Positions 48,468-54,949 of a stretch of 64,000 nucleotides of DNA are shown here, piece by piece. The stretch is from a virus. The notes below the pieces were generated by a model that saw only the letters and a list, made by a program, of their open reading frames with translations, did not search any database and was not told where the DNA came from. Location of the stretch: the IMG/VR virus record IMGVR_UViG_3300028571_000009. One strand, written 5' to 3'. Position numbers and translations under genes: made by a program. How positions within the stretch are numbered: the first letter of the stretch is position 1; each line of letters begins with the position of its first letter.

Positions 48468-48893
48468 ATGGGAAGTGTATTAGATACAATTCAATGTCCG
48501 AACTGCGGCAAGGACGCTCACTCGGATTTTTATTACAAAACCGGTGAAGAGTATATTAACTGTATGCACTGTGGATACGCGTATTCATTTACATTCAAGC
48601 GCGACGAAAACGGTGAGTATGAATTAAAGGATAAAACCGTAGGCCCTTTACTAACAAATTGTATTCTTGAAGAGAAAGAATTAAAAACTCCACACGCGGC
48701 GATACAATATCAGCACAATGGTAGTGTAGGGTATTCATGTAGCTCGTTAGAAGATGCAGACGAGGAATCTAAATTCAGAGAGTTTGTTAAAACTAACACC
48801 GCTGAATTATCGATGGCAAAAATTTCTAAATATCATAACGGTGAACACAGTGTTGAATATTTGATTGGTCAAGAAGAAGTAGAAATAGCATAA
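48468..48893 (+). CDS. Zn-ribbon protein
   Basis: CPNC...CMHC. Confidence 0.6.
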   Translation: MGSVLDTIQCPNCGKDAHSDFYYKTGEEYINCMHCGYAYSFTFKRDENGEYELKDKTVGPLLTNCILEEKELKTPHAAIQYQHNGSVGYSCSSLEDADEESKFREFVKTNTAELSMAKISKYHNGEHSVEYLIGQEEVEIA

Positions 48894-48954
48894 GTGATAA
48901 AATAAAGTTTGATGTTTCCTTGTATTTTAGGAACTTTAACCCTATATTTATATT

Positions 48955-49181
48955 AAGATGAAAAATTTATTTAGACATATTAGTTTTAGTTGCATTCAGC
49001 CGATAGGCATGAATCGCGTCGAGGGGTTATCGAAACGTAATCTCCACACCAATTCCGATTGGGCGTATACGCAACCACTAAAAACATATCCGGGTAGATT
49101 TAAAGAAGAAGATCGTAGCTAAGAAAGCGATAAACTAATTCATATATAATTTAAGACCCGGGTTAATAGCCCGGGTTTTTT
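48955..49181 (+). promoter_or_regulatory. Structured leader with 54-aa ORF (48958-49122) and terminator, upstream of the tRNA array
   Basis: Promoter 48919-48950; multi-stem RNA; ACCCGGG/CCCGGGT+T6 terminator at 49156-49181. Confidence 0.55.
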
Positions 49182-49211
49182 GCGTTTATATGGGTTCTAA
49201 GAAGGTATAAT

Positions 49212-49285
49212 GGGCTATTAGCTTAAATCGGTAATAGCGCTCGGTTGAAGCCCGAGAGATACAGACTCAAGGCCTGTATAGCCCG
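49212..49285 (+). tRNA. trnF: tRNA-Phe(GAA), degenerate T-loop
   Basis: Cloverleaf; T-loop CTCAAGG is non-canonical. Confidence 0.65.
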
Positions 49286-49323
49286 CTGAATTGTAATGTT
49301 ATTTGACATATTGTAAGAAAAAT

Positions 49324-49411
49324 TGTGCGGTGCACCGAGTGGCCGATGGTAGCTGACTGTTAATCAGCCGGACGTAGTTTGTCCCGCGTGAGTTCGAATC
49401 TCACTCGCACA
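49324..49411 (+). tRNA. trnN: tRNA-Asn(GTT) with long variable arm
   Basis: GCTGA-CTGTTAA-TCAGC; class II variable arm. Confidence 0.8.
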
Positions 49412-49417
49412 TCAATT

Positions 49418-49496
49418 GGGGTAGTTCCAGGGAGTTGTAGTGACTGTAAATCATAAACACGTGGCGTTCAAGTCGCCCCTATCCCTCAATAATAAA
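49418..49496 (+). tRNA. trnY: tRNA-Tyr(GTA), reduced D-arm
   Basis: Acceptor and T arms present; CTGTAAA loop. Confidence 0.6.
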
Positions 49497-49498
49497 AT

Positions 49499-49582
49499 GT
49501 CAAGTTCGTCTAGTTGGTAGGACACCACACTTTCACTGTGGAATGCGTAAGCTGCGGACGGGTTCGAGCCCCGTACTTGATA
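49499..49582 (+). tRNA. trnE: tRNA-Glu(TTC) with extended variable loop
   Basis: CCACA-CTTTCAC-TGTGG. Confidence 0.85.
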
Positions 49583-49588
49583 CTAAAT

Positions 49589-49664
49589 GGTGCTGCAGAA
49601 TATGGAGTATTTTGCCTTCCTGTCACGAAGGAGATTGAGGGTTCGAGTCCCTTCAGTACCGCCA
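49589..49664 (+). tRNA. trnD: tRNA-Asp(GTC)
   Basis: Cloverleaf with encoded CCA. Confidence 0.9.
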
Positions 49665-49684
49665 AAGTAACCTTGCTAAAATGT

Positions 49685-49742
49685 CTTAGCACCTCTTAGG
49701 CAGCAATGCTCGTAAGTCGCAAGGGACGTGAAAGGTGCTAAG
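49685..49742 (+). ncRNA. Candidate small structured RNA
   Basis: 10-bp closing stem with two GCAA-capped hairpins. Confidence 0.4.
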
Positions 49743-49752
49743 AAACTTATTT

Positions 49753-49830
49753 GCTCTTGTACCCGTATATTGGACATAGGAACGTGCTTTTAACACGTCG
49801 AGAATGTGGGTTCGATTCCCGCCGGGAGCA
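49753..49830 (+). tRNA. trnK: tRNA-Lys(TTT)
   Basis: ACGTG-CTTTTAA-CACGT. Confidence 0.85.
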
Positions 49831-49934
49831 CAGGGATGATTGCGAGTTCGAGTCTCGTTGAATTGTAATATCCGGATATTACTGATGTTAAATCATTAGA
49901 TTCATAGCTTAATTTGGTAAAGCTCCCGTTTTTT
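49831..49934 (+). ncRNA. Circularly permuted tRNA-like element (3' half before 5' half)
   Basis: T-arm at 49842-58 precedes D-arm at 49907-23; complementary acceptor strands. Confidence 0.55.
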
Positions 49935-50007
49935 CTTGGTGTAGGAAAGTTGGTAATCCGCGATATTTGGGATATCGAGACCGTGGGTTCGAGCCCCGCC
50001 ACTGAGA
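49935..50007 (+). tRNA. trnP: tRNA-Pro(TGG)
   Basis: CGATA-TTTGGGA-TATCG. Confidence 0.9.
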
Positions 50008-50051
50008 CGCTGGTTTTAGCATTTTATACTTTAACGGAAAAATGCAAATTT

Positions 50052-50123
50052 GCCTCAGTAGTGTAATGGCTAACATTCCCGCTTCCAAACCGGGCGATTA
50101 GGGTTCGAGTCCTTACTGGGGTG
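50052..50123 (+). tRNA. trnW: tRNA-Trp(CCA)
   Basis: CCCGC-TTCCAAA-CCGGG (C31.C39 mismatch); G73. Confidence 0.7.
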
Positions 50124-50134
50124 CTAATAAATAA

Positions 50135-50211
50135 TGGTGCGTAACCACCCTGCCTGATACGCAGGAGTAAGGTAATGGTTGTAAATGTGGGTTCAAGTCC
50201 CATCGCACCGA
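50135..50211 (+). tRNA. D-armless tRNA-like gene, anticodon GAT (Ile)
   Basis: 7-bp acceptor, 7-nt linker, anticodon arm, 21-nt insert, canonical T-arm. Confidence 0.65.
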
Positions 50212-50227
50212 CTAAAAATTAAATTGT

Positions 50228-50389
50228 ATGAAAGCGTACGGAGTAAGAAAAAAAGATGACGATTGCTGTCCCGGACATTCCAAATATGGAGTAGCCAGTG
50301 CAGAATGTGGTAGCCAACGCCGAGGTAAGCGTTCTAAAAATAAGGATAAAGCACGTAAAGCTAAAATGCGACAGTTAACTATAAATTAA
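50228..50389 (+). CDS. Small basic protein, 53 aa
   Basis: Hand-translated MKAYGVRKKDDDCCPGH... Confidence 0.6.
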   Translation: MKAYGVRKKDDDCCPGHSKYGVASAECGSQRRGKRSKNKDKARKAKMRQLTIN

Positions 50390-50394
50390 ATATC

Positions 50395-50556
50395 ATGGCA
50401 CAAATAGGAAACAAAATTAATTCGTACCTAAATGGTGAATGGGCAAAGCATGGTCGACCTTTTGGTAAGAAACTTGCAGCACGTGTTAGGCGTATGATGG
50501 GTAAGGACGAAATTATTAAACAATTAAAAGAAATAAAGGAGTATGGCAAAGATTGA
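50395..50556 (+). CDS. Small basic protein, 53 aa
   Basis: Hand-translated MAQIGNK...GEWAKH.RPFGKK. Confidence 0.55.
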   Translation: MAQIGNKINSYLNGEWAKHGRPFGKKLAARVRRMMGKDEIIKQLKEIKEYGKD

Positions 50557-50713
50557 CAAAAAGAAAGATAGGATTCGTGAACAAATCAGAATTCTAGGTG
50601 ATGAAATGAATTCAGCGTTAACTAAAAAGACATCGAATGTTAAGGAAATAAATGTTCCGGAGCATACTAGAAAAATTTCTAAGTTAATTGATGAACTTAA
50701 ATCACTAAAATAA
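50543..50713 (+). CDS. Small coiled-coil protein, 56 aa
   Basis: Hand-translated MAKIDKKK...LKSLK. Confidence 0.55.
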   Translation: MAKIDKKKDRIREQIRILGDEMNSALTKKTSNVKEINVPEHTRKISKLIDELKSLK

Positions 50714-50718
50714 TAAAT

Positions 50719-50791
50719 GGGGTACTAGTGAAACTGGCTATCATAGTAGATTTGCATTCTACTGTTTCGGATTCGAATTCCGAGTGCTCCA
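50719..50791 (+). tRNA. trnA: tRNA-Ala(TGC)
   Basis: Cloverleaf with G3.U70. Confidence 0.9.
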
Positions 50792-50797
50792 CTGTTT

Positions 50798-50874
50798 GCT
50801 CCCATATACCCTCAAGCTTATATCTTGTAGAAAGGTTAATTGGTCACATAAGAGTTCGAATCTCTTTGGGAGTA
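50798..50874 (+). tRNA. D-armless tRNA-like gene, anticodon TAT (Ile)
   Basis: Same 77-nt segment layout as 50135-50211. Confidence 0.6.
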
Positions 50875-50882
50875 CATAATAT

Positions 50883-50955
50883 GCTTTTGTAGCTTAATTG
50901 GCAAAGCTCCCGGCTCTTAACCGGAGGAGTGAAAGTTCGAGTCTTTCCAGAAGCA
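50883..50955 (+). tRNA. trnK: tRNA-Lys(CTT)
   Basis: Cloverleaf, CTCTTAA loop. Confidence 0.9.
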
Positions 50956-50964
50956 CTAAAATAT

Positions 50965-51037
50965 GGTTCCGTAGCATAGCGGCAAATGCGGTGGTTTTAC
51001 ATACCACATATCCAGAGTTCGAGTCTCTGCGGAACTA
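50965..51037 (+). tRNA. trnV: tRNA-Val(TAC)
   Basis: Cloverleaf. Confidence 0.9.
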
Positions 51038-51042
51038 CAATT

Positions 51043-51115
51043 GCAATTATAGCTCAGCTGGTAGAGCGTCTCGTTGCCAACGAGAAGGTCGTGCGTTCAA
51101 ACCGCATTAATTGCT
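51043..51115 (+). tRNA. trnG: tRNA-Gly(GCC)
   Basis: Cloverleaf, U73. Confidence 0.92.
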
Positions 51116-51120
51116 CAATT

Positions 51121-51195
51121 GCGTCATTCGCCTAATTGGCTATGGCACTACGCTTCCAACGTAGAATAGTATCGGTTCGAGTCCGATATGGCGCA
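51121..51195 (+). tRNA. trnG: tRNA-Gly(TCC)
   Basis: CTACG-CTTCCAA-CGTAG. Confidence 0.9.
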
Positions 51196-51256
51196 CTAAA
51201 GGGTTGGTTGATGACCGAAAGCAATGCTAATCACATTGCTGACTCTTGTGAAATTT

Positions 51257-51336
51257 GCCTTTGTGGCTCAGCGGCGACAGCACCTGTTTTGTAAACAGGG
51301 ACACAAACATCGGGGGTTCGATTCCCTCCAAAGGCT
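51257..51336 (+). tRNA. trnT: tRNA-Thr(TGT)
   Basis: Cloverleaf with 12-nt variable loop. Confidence 0.88.
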
Positions 51337-51345
51337 CATTAATAT

Positions 51346-51418
51346 ACCGATGTAGTTCAGCCGGAAGAACACTCGTTTCATACACGAAAGGTCGCAGATT
51401 CGAATACTGCCATCGGTA
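51346..51418 (+). tRNA. tRNA with CAT anticodon (Met or Ile2)
   Basis: Cloverleaf; lacks initiator features. Confidence 0.85.
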
Positions 51419-51430
51419 CTAATTTTAAAT

Positions 51431-51516
51431 TGCATTATCGCCTAACTGGCAGGGCACGGGGCTTTGAATCCCGCAGTCGAAAGACTCTCGGTCTAGGTTC
51501 GAATCCTAGTGGTGCA
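51431..51516 (+). tRNA. tRNA-Gln(TTG)-like, 8-nt anticodon loop, long variable arm
   Basis: U1-A72, Gln-type D-arm; CGGG-CTTTGAAT-CCCG. Confidence 0.6.
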
Positions 51517-51562
51517 ACATAGTTTTCGGTTTCGTTTCATGCTTCTATGAAAACGAACATTT

Positions 51563-51652
51563 GGAAAAGTCAACCGAAATTGGTATCGGCCCCGTCTTGA
51601 AAACGGGTCATCGCTGCAAGGTGGTGTGAGGGTTCGAGTCCGTCCTTTTCCG
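51563..51652 (+). tRNA. trnS: tRNA-Ser(TGA)
   Basis: Class II, G73. Confidence 0.9.
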
Positions 51653-51658
51653 CAACAT

Positions 51659-51735
51659 GGAGTATGTAGATTTAATGGTAGAACGCTGGGTTGTGAACCT
51701 TGTAGTTGGCAGTTCGACTCTGCTCATACTCCCCA
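51659..51735 (+). tRNA. trnH: tRNA-His(GTG)
   Basis: Encoded G-1, C73 and CCA. Confidence 0.9.
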
Positions 51736-51739
51736 TAAT

Positions 51740-51813
51740 GCTCCGGTAATCCAACGGAAGAGATATCAGACTTAAACCCTGTACAGGTGTGGGTTCGAAT
51801 CCCACTCGGAGCA
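51740..51813 (+). tRNA. trnL: tRNA-Leu(TAA), short variable loop
   Basis: Cloverleaf; weak anticodon stem. Confidence 0.75.
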
Positions 51814-51906
51814 CGAAGTAAGGAAGTAGTTCCCCACGTGGCCCCGCGTTGGATGAATGAAAATTAGTCCCTTATGAAGTATTGTAAAATGCAAGCGGGG
51901 CGCTTT

Positions 51907-51994
51907 GGAAAGGTAAGCATAATGGTACTGCCGCGCATTGCTAATGCGTTCATCGTCGTAAGATGGTGTGAGAGTTCGAGTCTCTTCCTTTCCG
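51907..51994 (+). tRNA. trnS: tRNA-Ser(GCT)
   Basis: Class II, G73. Confidence 0.9.
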
Positions 51995-52078
51995 CTATGA
52001 GAGAATATGGGGTTAAAGTACCCATGCGATAGCCTGGCCAGCATTCGTTCCGTTCTAAGTTAAGGCGCTCTCAGTTAT

Positions 52079-52152
52079 GCACCTGTAATTCAATTGGACA
52101 GAAGAACAGTTTTCTAAACTGTATGCTGTGGGTTCGAGTCCCGCCAGGTGCT
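52079..52152 (+). tRNA. trnR: tRNA-Arg(TCT)
   Basis: ACAGT-TTTCTAA-ACTGT. Confidence 0.88.
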
Positions 52153-52163
52153 CAAAATAATAT

Positions 52164-52240
52164 GGTCCAGTATCCCAACGGAAGAGGAAATAGTTTTAGA
52201 AACTATACAGGTGTGGGTTCGAATCCCACTTGGACTACCA
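52164..52240 (+). tRNA. trnL: tRNA-Leu(TAG), short variable loop
   Basis: Cloverleaf with encoded CCA. Confidence 0.88.
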
Positions 52241-52244
52241 AAAT

Positions 52245-52318
52245 ATTCCCGTAATGGCGCTGTCTTCGAAACAGTATGTGCATAATGGATAATGTGAGTT
52301 CGAGTCTCACCGGGGATA
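52245..52318 (+). tRNA. D-armless tRNA-like gene, anticodon TCG (Arg)
   Basis: Acceptor, 7-nt linker, GCTGT-CTTCGAA-ACAGT, 18-nt insert, T-arm. Confidence 0.6.
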
Positions 52319-52324
52319 CTAAAT

Positions 52325-52397
52325 GCTTCTGTAGGCTAATTGGATAAACCACTACATTACGGATGTTGGATTTCGAGTTCGAGTCTCGATGGAAGCG
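52325..52397 (+). tRNA. trnR: tRNA-Arg(ACG)
   Basis: Cloverleaf. Confidence 0.85.
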
Positions 52398-52414
52398 CTG
52401 ACAAAATAATATAA

Positions 52415-52654
52415 ATGAAAACTACAACAGAACGAGATAGATTATTTGCTAAAACTCTTGCTAATTTAATACTGGGACCTATGTCTGAATATTGTAACAA
52501 GAATAAAATTCCATTTGATGAACTTCCTCTTATGCCCGGACAAGGAGCTGAGGTAGTTGAATTAATTATTGACAATAAAATATCGTTTAGTAATGCTAAA
52601 ATTTTATTAAATATATTATATGAACAAAATTTAGCAAGAACGACAAAAAATTAA
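52415..52654 (+). CDS. Hypothetical protein, weak GatB-helical-domain resemblance
   Basis: ELI...KIS...AK.LL pattern. Confidence 0.5.
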   Translation: MKTTTERDRLFAKTLANLILGPMSEYCNKNKIPFDELPLMPGQGAEVVELIIDNKISFSNAKILLNILYEQNLARTTKN

Positions 52655-52657
52655 TAC

Positions 52658-52733
52658 GGCTAGGTACCTAATGTTGGTAAAGGGATATGTCTGCAAAACA
52701 TAGTTAACACCAGTTCGATTCTGGTTCTATCCT
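52658..52733 (+). tRNA. trnC: tRNA-Cys(GCA)
   Basis: CTGCAAA loop, U73. Confidence 0.85.
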
Positions 52734-52757
52734 CGAATAATATTTATAATTAAATAA

Positions 52758-53234
52758 ATGGTCATGGAATTACAATTCAAAAGTTTAACCGACAGAAAAG
52801 ACGTCGACTTAATTCAATACATTACTGATTATACAAAGTCAAACGCTGACGTAGAAATTTACGTTGGGTGTGACTCGCAAGTGCACGGCCGTAATATTGA
52901 TTATGGTATTGTCGTAATATTGCACAAGCCGCACGCGGGTGGGCACGTACTATACACTGAAGTTCAAACTAATAGAATTAAAGGTAAACCGACTGAAAAT
53001 TTATTCACGCGGTTATGGCAAGAAGTCGAATTTTCTCTAACCATTGCCGAGCGATTAAGAGCATCGGATATTAAGGTTAAGTATATTGACGTAGACTTAA
53101 ACCCAGACCCTAGATGGGGTTCTAATACGGTGTTACGTGCGGCTATGGGCTACGTGGAATCTATGGGATACATTCCTAGATGTAAACCGGATGCATGGTC
53201 AGCCAGTTACTGCGCCGACAAAATATGTAAGTAA
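52758..53234 (+). CDS. RNase H-like protein (YkuK/DUF458)
   Basis: YVGCDSQ, RLWQEV, DVDLN, SN, KPDAW.AS..AD. Confidence 0.8.
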   Translation: MVMELQFKSLTDRKDVDLIQYITDYTKSNADVEIYVGCDSQVHGRNIDYGIVVILHKPHAGGHVLYTEVQTNRIKGKPTENLFTRLWQEVEFSLTIAERLRASDIKVKYIDVDLNPDPRWGSNTVLRAAMGYVESMGYIPRCKPDAWSASYCADKICK

Positions 53235-53356
53235 AAGTTTGGTAAATCAAATGGTTTTAATTATCTTTCTAAGGTAATTAAAACCTTTACATATGAATAG
53301 TGGTGAGTTATTAATATTCGTTTGGTAATTCATATGAAATTTCTTATCTTTATAAT

Positions 53357-53524
53357 ATGACAAAGAAAGAAGAAGAGAAATTAAAAAAATATATTCCGCC
53401 TAAAAAGTACACCGGTGAATATCGTTTTAGTATAAAGTATTGTCCGGGATATGAAGGATATATACCAGAAAATCTAACTCATGAAGTTTGTAAATACTGT
53501 GGACAAATAAGTTATTATCATTAA
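53357..53524 (+). CDS. Small hypothetical protein, 55 aa
   Basis: Hand-translated; ATG 4 nt after TATCTTTA; CKYC. Confidence 0.5.
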   Translation: MTKKEEEKLKKYIPPKKYTGEYRFSIKYCPGYEGYIPENLTHEVCKYCGQISYYH

Positions 53525-53525
53525 T

Positions 53526-54098
53526 ATGAAGCATAATTTTCCAGATAAAATAATTTTCTTAGATGTAGACGGTGTAATTTGTGTTGGTCACGACCATTAC
53601 AGACATTTTAACCAAATATGTTTGGAGCTACTTCAAGAAATAATTGACGCTACGGGCGCAAAAATTGTTGTATCGTCGTCGTGGCGTGACTCTGATTCTG
53701 TTCGAATGAAGGCTAACTTCTTAGAGCATGGGTTTACTGAGAAATTATGGGGAGAAGTAATTGATATTACAATTCGTGGATATTCACATATTATTAAAGG
53801 GTCTAAACTACCTATTGTTAGGGGTAACGAGATTAAAGCATGGGTAGATACAAAAATGATTTACCCGTGGCACTCAGACCCTTCTCTAGATAAACAATAT
53901 CAAATTCTTAGAGAGGATGGTAGTTTTAAAATAATGAATTCTAATAAATTAGGAGTTGATTTTAGCTACGTAATATTAGATGATGACGCTGATATGCTAT
54001 ATGAACAACGAAATCATTTTATTCAAACAGGTGCTATGTTCGGGTTATCAATATATGACCGGGATAACGCAATAAAAATATTGAATTATGGAAAGTAA
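53526..54098 (+). CDS. HAD-family protein (HAD_SAK_2, RNA-repair-associated type)
   Basis: FLDVDGV, IVVSSSWR, YVILDD. Confidence 0.8.
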   Translation: MKHNFPDKIIFLDVDGVICVGHDHYRHFNQICLELLQEIIDATGAKIVVSSSWRDSDSVRMKANFLEHGFTEKLWGEVIDITIRGYSHIIKGSKLPIVRGNEIKAWVDTKMIYPWHSDPSLDKQYQILREDGSFKIMNSNKLGVDFSYVILDDDADMLYEQRNHFIQTGAMFGLSIYDRDNAIKILNYGK

Positions 54099-54303
54099 AA
54101 TTCTAGGCTACGCCTTTTTAGGTGCTGGTAAAATTTGTTTGGTTGTAGTTGAAACTGAATATGATGGTGAGAAAGCATACATTGGAGTTCCGCGTATAAT
54201 GGGGGCGTCTGACGAAGATATTCGTTGGACAGCTGATTGGAGAAGCTTCATTCCATTAGAAGAAGCAAAATTGTTAATTTCTAAAATGGGAACTTACTTA
54301 TGA
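54088..54303 (+). CDS. Hypothetical protein
   Basis: ORF. Confidence 0.5.
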   Translation: MESKILGYAFLGAGKICLVVVETEYDGEKAYIGVPRIMGASDEDIRWTADWRSFIPLEEAKLLISKMGTYL

Positions 54304-54315
54304 AACTTTTAACAA

Positions 54316-54438
54316 ATGATGAATCTATATAAATGTAAACACTGCGGTAAAATCGTTGAACGCGATAGCATTAAAGCTTGGATAAAAAGCTGGTGTGAAG
54401 TTACTGATAAATTTACTCGTCTTATAAAACAAAAATAA
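54316..54438 (+). CDS. 40-aa CxxC protein
   Basis: Hand-translated YKCKHCGK...SWC. Confidence 0.45.
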   Translation: MMNLYKCKHCGKIVERDSIKAWIKSWCEVTDKFTRLIKQK

Positions 54439-54441
54439 ACT

Positions 54442-54678
54442 ATGCAAGGTGTATTAAGTAAAAACGAATCCGGTTGGGTTGTTACCCATATATATCACGA
54501 ACAGAATACGTTGTCGGGGATACCGCTTCCCGTGCTCCCCGAACAACAATCAACTGCACACCATTTTCACATTAACGGAAATTGTATATTTGACGTTGTA
54601 GATGAATTTACAAACCCGGAACTATATAAAGATATTCCGTGGGGCGAAGGTATGGAATATGCTAAACTGAAAAATTAA
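54442..54678 (+). CDS. Hypothetical protein
   Basis: ORF. Confidence 0.5.
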   Translation: MQGVLSKNESGWVVTHIYHEQNTLSGIPLPVLPEQQSTAHHFHINGNCIFDVVDEFTNPELYKDIPWGEGMEYAKLKN

Positions 54679-54736
54679 CTTGGAAAGCTCACATAAATAA
54701 CTTATCTTAATATTATTATTTAACCAAATCAATTAT

Positions 54737-54949
54737 ATGTACATCGAAGTAATCGTAGAATTCCAAACCGATAACGGTAACGGTAAACTTAAAAAGAACC
54801 GTGAATCTTATTTAGTAGACGCTATGACAGTGACAGAAGCTGAAGCTTTAGTTCACAGCCATTTCAAAACCAGCGTTGCCCCATTTGAAGTAAAAAGTGC
54901 AAAAGTATCTAGAGTTCTAGATATTATCAAAAGTAAAACCGCAGCGTAA
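54737..54949 (+). CDS. DUF4494-like protein (Bacteroidota-type)
   Basis: KK..E.YLVDA.T.TEAEA. Confidence 0.7.
   Translation: MYIEVIVEFQTDNGNGKLKKNRESYLVDAMTVTEAEALVHSHFKTSVAPFEVKSAKVSRVLDIIKSKTAA

Noticed and set aside
50052-50123. tRNA-Gly(TCC) reading
   Set aside because: That register breaks the anticodon stem; CCA gives 4 of 5 pairs and G73, and a proper Gly(TCC) exists at 51121
51200-51246. Hammerhead ribozyme
   Set aside because: C3 is replaced by U, stem II is essentially absent, and the cleavage-site base would be G
51814-51901. HDV-like theta ribozyme downstream of a tRNA
   Set aside because: No P3/L3/P1.1 elements or GG after P1; it does not start at the tRNA 3' end
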